The notes under the pieces: generated by a model
Databases searched by the model: none
What the model was told of the DNA's origin: nothing
What the model saw: the letters and a program-made list of their open reading frames with translations, nothing else
Shown: in pieces, positions 53,551 to 64,000 of the stretch
Numbering within the stretch: the stretch's first letter is position 1
How the letters are laid out: each line of letters starts with the position of its first letter
Position numbers and translations under genes: made by a program
Assembly (NCBI GenBank): GCA_028023455.1
Contig: JAQFVV010000008.1
Coordinates: 62,001-126,000 of the forward strand
Length of the DNA stretch: 64,000 bases
Source of the DNA: Epiperipatus broadwayi
Taxonomy: Eukaryota; Animalia; Onychophora
Direction: 5' to 3'

Positions 53551-56184
53551 TTTTTCACATAATGTGGTAATGTATACCAATTATATAAGATGGAGTGGAT
53601 AGCTGAAGGGAGTTTGAAAGTCTGTGTTCAAATCCCCTCTAATAACATCTAAAGTGCAATGTATACCTTATACTTGTATTCAAATATTTTTAATCAAATG
53701 GCTTTTTTGCTCACAAGTTGATGACAAAACTGGGCATGCTCTTCAAATCTTAAGTTTTTTTCCTATGTTCAATAATTATAGAATTTGAATGTTTTTATAA
53801 AATGATTTGGTTTTATTTCTAAAAAGCATTATATTACAAATATAATTTGTTTTATAATCAGAACCCTATCATTCATCTGAATAATCCAGACCTTTATTTT
53901 CGGCTAAGAGCAACTAAGTCCTTGTTGTTAATTAGATGAATAGCCAAGTTAGTTATGAGAAATATGATTTGAAAAAAAATAATAAGCTTGCTTAGAAATT
54001 TTTTAACTAGTTGAAAAAATTTCTAAATTCCATTCAGATTCAAACTTTAGATTATTGATATAGACGATGGATGAGAGCACTTTCCCATGAGATTCTTGCT
54101 TAAAGTGTCTTTTTAAAAAAAATATAGGAGACAAATTTTTTAAACAATTGTTTTGTTTTTTTTCCTTCAAATTTATAATTTGATAACATATAAATGTTGA
54201 TGTACTTTAAACATTCCGAATTTAAAACACATTTTAAAATTACGAAGAATATAAAATTCTTATAAGTATGAAAAGTATATTTTTTATGTATTTGTATTTT
54301 AAAACATTTATGTTATTTAGTTCTAAATTTAGATTGTCCTAATATTATTTTATTATTAGCATTTACATTACATTTAGCTTAACCATGTACAGAAAATCAT
54401 CTCATGTAAAATGCAGAATTTTTAGTATCATCCAATATAGTGTTATTCCTAGTCAATTATCAATCTCTTACTGCTCTTCAATCTGTGTCTCTTTTATTAT
54501 ACTAGCCTGCAAATGAAACCTTTTTGTGCGTGTGTGTGGTAATAATAAAATTAGGTAGCTTGACAATAATGCAAAATGTTATTTTGTCATTACGTAAAAT
54601 TTTTGATAACTTTATTGATTGAATTGTACATATAAACATCACTCATTAAAAGCCAGTCAACACTTAGACAATCCCAATAAAAAATCAGTCAACAATTTCA
54701 AACTGTTGTCAAGGCAACCTCCTTTTAATAATAAAGGTGGAATATAAATATTAGTATGCACATACCATCTTATTTTTCCCTACGTTAAACACAAGTAAAA
54801 GCTGCTTTGTATACATTAAGATGGTTTGTATGTTGTTTTTACTTATGCTTAAGCTGGTGAAACTGAAGCAATAAATGCATATTTTAAACAAGTAAATACT
54901 AGTAACATTTAAATTATAAACTCTAATTTGAAATAAAAATTACAGGGTCATCCATACATAGTTTTATATAAATATAATCAAGAATATTTATGTGGAAAAT
55001 GATGCCCATACAATATAATATAACAAAAAATTATTGAATCAAAAAATATATTAAAATTGCCATGCCTATAGTGAAACTTATGGTTGTATATGCTTCAAAA
55101 TGCTGTTTAGATTAAATATTAAATGCCTGAAATTTTATGAAGGACTTTTACAAGTATGAGTGGTCTTTTATCACTTAAAACAATTTACATTTTCAAAAAT
55201 TTGCCAATTTGTTCCTTGTGTTTTATTGTTTTAATACAAAATAAAGCATATGTGCATAGAAGAGAGATATAAACACACAAACAAAACAATTTCACAAACA
55301 AAGTAAAAGATGTATGAGTTTAAAGCTTATTCACATTACACACCTTGGCAATGTATGTTAGAATTCCTCAGTTGCCCCTTTCCCATAGAATTTGTGTATT
55401 TTTGAAATTCTTGAGTGTTTTTTGAAAGACTTTGTAGACATTGCACTCTGTGCACCCCTGATATACTATCCATGATGTTTTTAAAATAATTATAATAAAA
55501 AATTTATGAATAAAGATTAAAATTCAGTTTTTATATTCACAATATTGCATGCATGGATACAAATGAAAATAAAAGAATGTGAACTTGTTGGATCATGTCT
55601 CAAGCACAACTGATAGATAATCTTGAAAAGGCATATCAGCCTATATTTCTGACTGAATAAAATAAGACTGGGTTTAAAACACTTATGTTTATATAAATGG
55701 CTTGAGAGCCACATGTGGCTTCTTATTTACATCTAAACTTTCATTATGTTCTTATTGTATGTCTGTAGGGAGTTTGTTATGAATATACCACCGAAACTCA
55801 ATAATTAATATGACTGCAATACACACTAAATAATCAGATGCACAAACAATCATGAATAAAGTTATATAATTGTATTATAAAGAGAGATGCATGAGAATAT
55901 TTTTTAGTATTACATCTTATAACTGCAGATACTAAAAAAAAAAACAATATCGCCACAACTAGATTTGAAATGAAGAAAAACTAACATCATTTTCAGACTC
56001 TGGGCATCAATTTCAATTAAAATAAACTAAATTTCTATTTTATTGCAAAATCATCTTGGCTTGTATTATTATTATCCTGCTATTAATCTCTTTATTAATA
56101 TAACTCTTTCAGAAATAATCTTAACAATATTGTTTATTTTTAAAAAAAGTTTCATTTTTTGTGTGATTGATTTTATATATATAT

Positions 56185-58296
56185 TGTAACAATATTTATA
56201 AATTAACATAAATTATGTATTTTATTTTCTTTCGCTATAAGGTTGCAAAAGAAAAAAGATATTTTATATATGTAATTTATGGGTATACATTTTAAACATA
56301 TATGTTAACATTACCGAATGCGTGAATGTGTAACTGTTTATCCAAACACATCAAAGAATAGGTTATATATGATTAGTTTAAAGTGGTAAATTAAAAAGTA
56401 GGGCATTACATTTGAATGGAAATGAAATACCACATACAAGTTTCACCTGAAATTTATTTTATGATATGATGAGTAAGAAAAGTCTTAAATAAGCATTTAT
56501 AGAATATGTATTTTTTTTTAATATTGATTTAAGTCAGCTTATTTTGAGATATCAAGAAGTGACAAACCTATATATTAAGTTTATTTGCTTATACTTATAT
56601 GAATTTTTATATTAATAAGCCATTTATTTAATTGTCGATTTGACTTTAAAGAAGGAAAGAAAGAGTAGTAGTGTTAATAAAATATAATTATATATCTTAA
56701 TTGGTTTCCGAGTAATTATTAAGAATATTGTGTTGTTTTTTTTTTCTTAATTCTATCATTTTAATTCAGCATCATTGCTCGCAGTTATTAAGTATTACCA
56801 TTTATATATAATGAGCAATCACTTGCAAATATTAAGCGTCCGCAAAATAATAGGTAAACTAGAATGTTGATATTTAAGTATTTAAGGATTATGCTTTAGA
56901 ATAACCAAATTTTGATAATTATAGTTCATCATAGAAAGCTAAAATTGTGTTGTGTCCATGAATTTAGATCATCCTCATCAAAGATGGATATCATGTTATT
57001 AGTTAAAAATGTTTCAAATAATACTATATAAAAGTTATGACCGCCATCAATCATCATTAATAAATTATAATCATTAAATTTAACGTTTAGCGTAATGAAT
57101 ATGTTTTAGTAAATAGGGGTTTATAGAAAATTGAATATTATGCAAAGAGATTCATGGTGATCAATCATCACCATTAGTATTATTAAATCCCAGTATGAAA
57201 TAGGATAATTTTAATAGATGCCTATAAGTTTATAAAGATGAATTTATTGTTGTGAGTTTATTAATAAGCCATGGCTGGTATCATCATCACTATTATAATC
57301 ATTATTATGATATCACTATTATTATCATTATTATGATATTATTATCATCATCATCATTATTACCTTTATTGTGATAAATAATTTAGTTAAATGGCCATCA
57401 ATATCAATAATAGTCTTCACATGCTTGTTTGGAAGCCATTAATAGGATTATAAATGTCTGTTCATCAATATACGCTAATGAGCTAGCAATGTCTATAAGA
57501 ATCTTTGATCTATAGTATAAACTTTGGTAATATTGGGATCTTGTAATTTTATCAATATAGATAAAATGTAAGAATGTCATTTTGTTCAATAGTCATCCAA
57601 GTCATGTGTAATAAATATGTACTGAATGAGTTTGAACTCAAGTACACTATAAATAGATACTTATCTAGATTGAAAACAATCTAGTGGCGCTCATGGGAAA
57701 ACACATGTACTTAGCTAAACTGAATAAAGAGTGATATCTTCCCTTTCCAACTTCATAATATTAGTTTTATAAAATATATTTTTTTATAAGTTGTCATGAA
57801 TAGCACCCGTGTGTGCATATGACCATGAATGGTCTTATATATTTGGAAAGAAGGATAGGAAGGATTCTTTGTTAGAAGAACCTAGTATTGGAGATAAGCA
57901 TAAGGCACTCCAGGAATCTCACAGTGGGTACTTTTATTCAGTTGCTATAGTTAATATTATTTTTATTAGATGACAATGGCCAGTATGTTTTATTGTTCAG
58001 ATGACTGCCCCAATATATAAATAAATACCAAGAATCTTTAATGCTGATATTTTCAAGTGGCACAGTGATTCTATAATTTCTTTATCTATGCTATGATGAA
58101 TTACTATAGTTACAAATGGTACAGATTGGATAGGCACATATCTAATAATTAATAATTTCCCCTATCTAAATATTTATTATGATTACAAATGTGACATATT
58201 AAAATAGTTACAAATTATCGTTACAAATACATATCTTTTATATTAATTTAATAATTACAAATACATATTCATATTGATTGATAAATAATTGTTACA
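56185..58296 (+). repeat. 5' LTR (~2.1 kb)
   Basis: Starts TGTAACAAT and ends ATTGTTACA (9-bp perfect, ~19-bp imperfect terminal inverted repeat); followed 2 nt later by a PBS. Confidence 0.75.
57648..57728 (+). promoter_or_regulatory. Candidate LTR TATA box and poly(A) signal (U3/R boundary)
   Basis: TATAAATA 57648-57655 followed by AATAAA 57723-57728 at LTR-typical spacing. Weak evidence in AT-rich DNA. Confidence 0.3.
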
Positions 58297-58298
58297 AA

Positions 58299-58321
58299 TG
58301 GCGCACCAACTAGGGCTCGAA
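58299..58321 (+). other. Primer-binding site, tRNA-Lys(CUU)-like
   Basis: TGGCGCACCAACTAGGGCTCGAA versus the complement of the tRNA-Lys(CUU) 3' end, TGGCGCCCAACGTGGGGCTCGAA. Confidence 0.75.
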
Positions 58322-58930
58322 ATAAGCCAAATAAGGGCTTGAAATACCCCACATACATGAGAGATGGGTAGTATATAGTGATGACAGATGTATAGTTTAA
58401 AAAAAAAAAAAAAGAATTTTTTTTTTTTCTGTGCAATTTTTTTTTTTATTATTAGTGTATACAAATATTTTGGCCTGATGTTTAGATGATGATGATTACT
58501 GTTATTGCATTTTTGATGATGATAAATGAATACAGTCATTATAGAGCTTAGTTTCAATTTTTAAAATATAATGATATCACAACTTATAATGTGTTAAAGT
58601 TAATAACACTGTTTTTTTTATATATTTGCTTATCAATTAAATAAGCATAGAAATATTAATAGCCTTGAAGTGTGGAATAATAATTTTGTTCATATTTGAA
58701 AAGTTTGTGTTATAGAAAATTTATGATTTTGGAGGTTGGATTGGATATTTGATTGTTGGAGTGTGGTTGGTTGTGTTACGGTTGTGATGATGGATGGAGA
58801 ATTTTTGTCATTGCCTTGAGAATGTGATGTATTCATGCCACTGGTGATTGATTTATCTCATTCACTGCTCCAACCCAGATTATAATATCAGTTGTTTTAT
58901 CATGAAGCAGTTAACAGTAGGCCTGCCATG

Positions 58931-59105
58931 ATTTCGCCTCTAAGACTCCAGAGAGAGCAAGGCATAATTTTTCTGATACATAATATTTCGCCTCTAAGAC
59001 TCCAGAGAGAGCAAGGCAGTATTTTGTTTTACTGATATATAATTGTTGCCTCTAAGACTTTAAAAATAAGCAAGGCAGTATTTGACAAATTAAAGCCCCT
59101 AAGAC
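58931..59105 (+). repeat. Three and a bit ~54-58-bp tandem repeats in the retroelement leader
   Basis: GCCTCTAAGACT.....GCAAGGCA units at 58931, 58985, ~59043, partial at ~59097. Confidence 0.85.
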
Positions 59106-59802
59106 TTGGACGCAAGCAGGGAAATGCAACAGTGTTTGCAATAAACTATTATGGGTTGTAGTAGCTTAGAGTGATTGAATTGGGGTGATCATCTGAGTGT
59201 TCATGGAGCATTGTGTGCTTTAAGGGCAGTGATTGAATTCTTTTGTCTATCTCATGATTGTGAATTGCTAATCATTCTTTTGGCTGTCAGTATCTGTCAG
59301 ATCTCTAGAAGGATAGATGAGTATATAAATGACTTGAGACATGAACTCTGTTATAAATCTAGCACATATGTTATATAAGTAATTTTTTTTTTTGCTTAGT
59401 GTATTAAAATAGAGCATAGAGAGAGTTAAGTTTTATAAAAGCATGAAAAACTAGATAAATGATGGCATAAAAAGGACACACTAATACAGAGATAGCTTTT
59501 TTTTAAATAAATGTTTTAAATAGTACTATGACCTCATACTTTATCAATCATATATAGGTAAAAGAAAAAAAAGAGTGATGATGGAGGTTGAGTTAATTAA
59601 AGGCACTAAAGATATAGATAGATTGATGGGGAGAATTATGGCTGAGAAAGAGTGGTTGAAAATTTTAAGGTATATGAGGATAGATAAAGGTATTGACTCT
59701 GGACGTATAGGAAATCAGGGAGCAGAACAATAAATCGGAACAGAATAAAACAGAATATACTAGATCAAACAGAAATAAGTAATATAAATATTTTATAAAT
59801 TT

Positions 59803-60897
59803 ATGATGGAGCAAGAAAAAGAATTTGTCATGGAAGGAAAGGAGGAGGTAGTAAGGCAAAGCCAACCAGAGTGGTTGCAAATAATGATGTTACAGTTTAA
59901 AGAAATGAATCAGAAAATAGATCAGCACTTCAAAAAAATGAATCAGAAGTTGGATCAGCACTTCCAAACAATGCATGAGTCTATCAAAGGACTGTCTCAG
60001 GGACTTGACAATAAGATGGATCAACCATCACCAGAAATGAATGATCAAGTAACTGATTTAGGTAAAGAAACTGATAATAAGATGATCAGTCCAGAACAAG
60101 AAATAGAAGTCAAGAGTTGTGTGACTGTAGTCAAGCCATATGAAAATGATGAGGTAGCTGCTATTCAAGAACAATGTAATCCCAAAGAGTATATATACAG
60201 TGAGATACATAACCTAGAAATAAAGGTAGCCACTGTACAGGAACAAATTGACCTCAGGAAAGATGTAGTCAGTAAAGCTAGTTTCTTAGAATTAAAGATA
60301 GCTGCTGATGTATATGCCCCAGTAAATGTAGCAGACAAGTTTGAGACATTGGGAGCTACCAAAAGGATAGCTGAAAGTTATCATAGAGAGGAGGAGAGCT
60401 ATGGCTATAAAGTCTCCAATATGAGAATGGGAACAAACCAGTTAGGCAGACAATTTCCCACAAAACCTGGCAAACCAAACATAGGAATGCCTGGGAATAT
60501 ATATATGATAGTGGATGATGTGTACTCCCCAATGAGAGTGGCAGACCTATTGGATGCCCTGGGAGTTGCAGAAAGGAAAATGAAAGGTTATTCTAGGATG
60601 GAGGAGAGATATAGTTATAAGATCTCCATCATTAGGATTATAAACAACCAATTAGGCCGACACTATCCCATGAAACCTAGTAAACCAAACATAGGTAGGC
60701 CTAGGAATAATTCCCATCAGCAAATGCAAAATAGCGACCCGCAGAAGCATACATTCAAAAAGTTCTATAATATATATGAAGGGCCATTCATGCTCAAGGA
60801 AAGAAAAGGGGAAAATGCATTTGTACTAGAATCGTCAGAAGGAGTAAAAGGCACATGTAATGTACGTAGCCTAAAACCAATGGTACTCATGACCTAA
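59803..60897 (+). CDS. 364-aa Gag-like coiled-coil protein fused in frame to a Gypsy integrase C-terminal GPY/F-like segment
   Basis: Open 364 codons; heptad/11-aa repeats at the N-terminus; C-terminal KFYNIYEGPFMLKERKGENAFVL...GTCNVRSLKP; no PR, RT, RH or IN core motifs. Confidence 0.72.
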   Translation: MMEQEKEFVMEGKEEVVRQSQPEWLQIMMLQFKEMNQKIDQHFKKMNQKLDQHFQTMHESIKGLSQGLDNKMDQPSPEMNDQVTDLGKETDNKMISPEQEIEVKSCVTVVKPYENDEVAAIQEQCNPKEYIYSEIHNLEIKVATVQEQIDLRKDVVSKASFLELKIAADVYAPVNVADKFETLGATKRIAESYHREEESYGYKVSNMRMGTNQLGRQFPTKPGKPNIGMPGNIYMIVDDVYSPMRVADLLDALGVAERKMKGYSRMEERYSYKISIIRIINNQLGRHYPMKPSKPNIGRPRNNSHQQMQNSDPQKHTFKKFYNIYEGPFMLKERKGENAFVLESSEGVKGTCNVRSLKPMVLMT

Positions 60898-60935
60898 GCA
60901 ATTTTTTTTTTATATTCAAAATTTTTTTTTTGTTT

Positions 60936-60949
60936 GGGGGTGAGGCAAA
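60936..60949 (+). other. Polypurine-tract-like motif followed by TG
   Basis: GGGGGTGAGGCAAA immediately before TGTAGATA (60950), 39 nt after the ORF stop. Confidence 0.55.
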
Positions 60950-62750
60950 TGTAGATATATATAGTATTCAATTATTTAAAAAAAAATTTTTTTTTTATTC
61001 TTTTATACATACAGAGATTTATATGTATAGATTTATTATTATGAATAAGCAGTTCTTTTTGTGATTTATTATATAATATTATTTTTATTAAATAATATGT
61101 GTTAAATTTATTTAACTTTCATTTTGTTAAAATAAAGTAAATCAGAAAAGTGTGAAATAAAGCAGTTAAGATTGTTAGATTAGAAGATAAAAATTGTACA
61201 CGTGTGAAACAATGAATAGATCTGTACAAACACAAAGATGCTTTTACACTTATTTCTGATGGCTATAGATGGCCAGCTTTGTTGTTATCTGTATCTTAAG
61301 ATTATTTTTACAAAAGAGGTGCTTTGATGTAGATAACGATAGCATCAATTTTAAGTCAAACTTGTGAAGCTTTGATTTTTTTTTAAGATAAAGATTTCCA
61401 GATGTTTTTTTTTCTTTGGTTGAAATTCGCGATATAAATGATTAAAACAATTTTTTTAATCAGTCAGTTATAAATTTTTTTAGAGAGATGATCAGTTAAT
61501 CATTAATTTTTTTAAAGAGGAGTCAGTCATAAATTTTTTTAGAGTGAGAGTCACTCAAATTATGATTATTATTTTGAGACTCTACTCAGTCGGTCCTTCC
61601 TTGTTATTATTCTTAAGCAGAAATGTAAGCGGGGATTTTTTTTTTAAAAGAGAGTGAACGCTTTAATTTTTTTTTCACTCCTTGAAAGTTGAAAAAAAGA
61701 GCAAATGAAATGTGCGTTTATATAAAGCAATTTTCAAGCAATATTAAAGAATAGGAGAGAAATGGAACAAGATTGAATTTATTATAAGTTAGTAATAATT
61801 ATAAAAATGATATTAACATATTTGGTTATGCATAATAATATGCCTCTGCATTGCTAAACCATCTTTTTCTGCTTCCTGGTTAATACAGAAAGAGTCACAA
61901 TCGCTGATCTGTCTATGAAGTCATGTATCCAGTAATAACCAACAAAATGATAGATTTTGAAGCAAACCCCACAAGCTATATGGAATGCTTTATTTCTAGT
62001 TCCTGGCTTATTAAAAGCTCATTACCTTCCAATGAATGGAGAAGAGGAAATAGAAGAAAAAGAAAATTTATAACATCCATGTAGAACCAAGTTTGAAGCC
62101 ATAAATCAAATTTTTGTTGATTTACCTCAATCATCTAAAGTGTCGACAGCAATTATTTTTTAAAGAAGAGAAACAAGCAAATCCACCGGTACCTACTTAT
62201 TCAAAGTACTTATAATAACTTTTTTTTAAATGGTAGAAGGAAGCCAATCAACAGTGAATAATAATGGAATTGAAGAAACAAGAAAGTCAATTGATTCAGC
62301 ATTATCTTAAAAGTATCTGCCATAACTTTTTTTTTGTTGTTGTTGTTGTTGGTGAGCAAAGAAAAGCAGTCTAAAATTCAAATTCAGGACATTAATAAGA
62401 AGTAAAAAGTAGACGGGTAAATATGAACTTTCTTTAACCGATTTTATTCTTTTACTTATTAAAAGTAAACCTTAATTTACTGGTCAAAGCAATTTTCTTT
62501 TTTGATACAGAAACATTAAAGACTTGTTTATCTATAGTTATTTGCAATATCTCACAACATAGCACAAACATAATTTAAATCTTTAAACTTAAATTTTTCA
62601 TTATTTTTTTTTTTATTATATATTGTAATGTTGAAATGTTTTTTTTTAAATTGTTCTTCAGATGTTAATGATAATGAGCAACCTATAGATATATGCATTT
62701 ATAATGTTTTTTATTTTTATTTTATCTTGTTGCATATTAAAAAATTAATA

Positions 62751-64000
62751 TATGTATTTTATTTTCTTTCGCTATAAGGTTGCAAAAGAAAAAAGATATT
62801 TTTATATATGTAATTTATGGGTATACATTTTAAACATATATGTTAACATTACCGAATGCGTGAATGTGTAACTGTTTATCCAAACACATCAAAGAATAGG
62901 TTATATATGATTAGTTTAAAATGGTAAATTAAAAAGTAGGGCATTACATTTGAATGGAAATGAAATAACACATACAAGTTTCACCTGAAATTTATTTTAT
63001 GATATGATGAGTAAGAAAAGTCTTAAATAAGCATTTATAGAATATGTATTTTTTTTTAATATTGATTTAAGTCAGCTTATTTTGAGATATCAAGAAGTGA
63101 CAAACCTATATATTAAGTTTATTTGCTTATACTTATATGAATTTTTATATTAATAAGCCATTTATTTAATTGTCGATTTGACTTTAAAGAAGGAAAGAAA
63201 GAGTAGTAGTGTTAATAAAATATAATTATATATCTTAATTGGTTTCCGAGTAATTATTAAGAATATTGTGTTTTTTTTTTTTTTTTTCTTAATTCTATCA
63301 TTTTAATTCAGCATCATTGCTCGCAGTTATTAAGTATTACCATTTATATATAATGAGCAATCACTTGCAAATATTAAGCGTCCGCAAAATAATAGGTAAA
63401 CTAGAATGTTGATATTTAAGTATTTAAGGATTATGCTTTAGAATAACCAAATTTTGATAATTATAGTTCATCATAGAAAGCTAAAATTGTGTTGTGTCCA
63501 TGAATTTAGATCATCCTCATCAAAGATGGATATCATGTTATTAGTTAAAAATGTTTCAAATAATACTATATAAAAGTTATGACCGCCATCAATCATCATT
63601 AATAAATTATAATCATTAAATTTAACGTTTAGCGTAATGAATATGTTTTAGTAAATAGGGGTTTATAGAAAATTGAATATTATGCAAAGAGATTCATGGT
63701 GATCAATCATCACCATTAGTATTATTAAATCCCAGTATGAAATAGGATAATTTTAATAGATGCCTATAAGTTTATAAAGATGAATTTATTGTTGTGAGTT
63801 TATTAATAAGCCATGGCTGGTATCATCATCACTATTATAATCATTATTATGATATCACTATTATTATCATTATGATATTATCATCATCATCATTATTACC
63901 TTTATTGTGATAAATAATTTAGTTAAATGGCCATCAATATCAATAATGGTCTTCACATGCTTGTTTGGAAGCCATTAATAGGATTATACATGTCTGTTCA
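62751..64000 (+). repeat. 3' LTR (partial in window), ~99% identical to 56214-57464
   Basis: About 5 substitutions and 4 small indels over ~1250 bp by manual comparison. Confidence 0.9.

Larger units (their letters stand above)
53284..53643. mobile_element. Head-to-head fold-back of two hammerhead-family repeats (360-bp inverted structure)
   Basis: Left arm from 53284 and right arm ending 53643 are reverse complements (3 mismatches over the outer ~60 bp, more diverged inward); TA flanks both outer ends. Confidence 0.9.
56185..64000 (+). mobile_element. Non-autonomous Gypsy-like LTR retrotransposon, young, extends beyond the window
   Basis: Direct repeat 56214-57464 / 62751-64000 (~99%), PBS, Gag-like ORF with integrase GPF tail, PPT. 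Confidence 0.8.

Noticed and set aside
53598-53628. Third mini-motif ATAG-CTGAAGG...GAAA-GTC near the family 3' end
   Set aside because: No room for stems II and III; G replaces the conserved A9. At best a relic.
56185-58296. DNA transposon with TGTAACAAT TIRs
   Set aside because: The flanks are not duplicated (ATAT versus AATG), and the right end is followed by a PBS, favouring an LTR.
30000-58600. Numerous 60-100-aa F/I/L/K/N/Y-rich ORFs
   Set aside because: Composition expected from random AT-rich DNA; no motifs or splice-supported structure.
58931-59105. CRISPR-like repeat/spacer array
   Set aside because: Eukaryotic context, spacers similar to each other, no cas genes. It is an ordinary tandem repeat in a retroelement leader.

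Overview
AT-rich (roughly a quarter GC by inspection), CpG-poor eukaryotic DNA, most likely an invertebrate animal. No host exon, tRNA or rRNA gene could be supported, so the window looks intergenic or intronic. It is a layered collection of transposable elements: L1/Tx1-type LINEs (a young open RT frame at 3-983, a decayed near-full-length copy at ~23.9-28.9 kb, a 3' fragment at 29.5 kb), several RTE-type LINE remnants, a TSD-bounded bipartite RTE derivative, a complete-ended Merlin (IS1595/ISXO2-like) DNA transposon with 41-bp TIRs and an 8-bp TSD, an internally deleted mariner, a pogo/Tigger-type MITE, four copies of a ~110-bp tRNA-derived SINE, and a young non-autonomous Gypsy-like LTR element with ~2.1-kb LTRs and a single Gag-like/integrase-C-terminus fusion ORF. 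The most notable signal is a short dispersed repeat family (20.2, 33.7, 53.3 kb) carrying a type I hammerhead ribozyme. At 53.3-53.6 kb two copies are fused head-to-head into a 360-bp fold-back with hammerheads on opposite strands. All assignments come from reading motifs by eye; no database searches were run.
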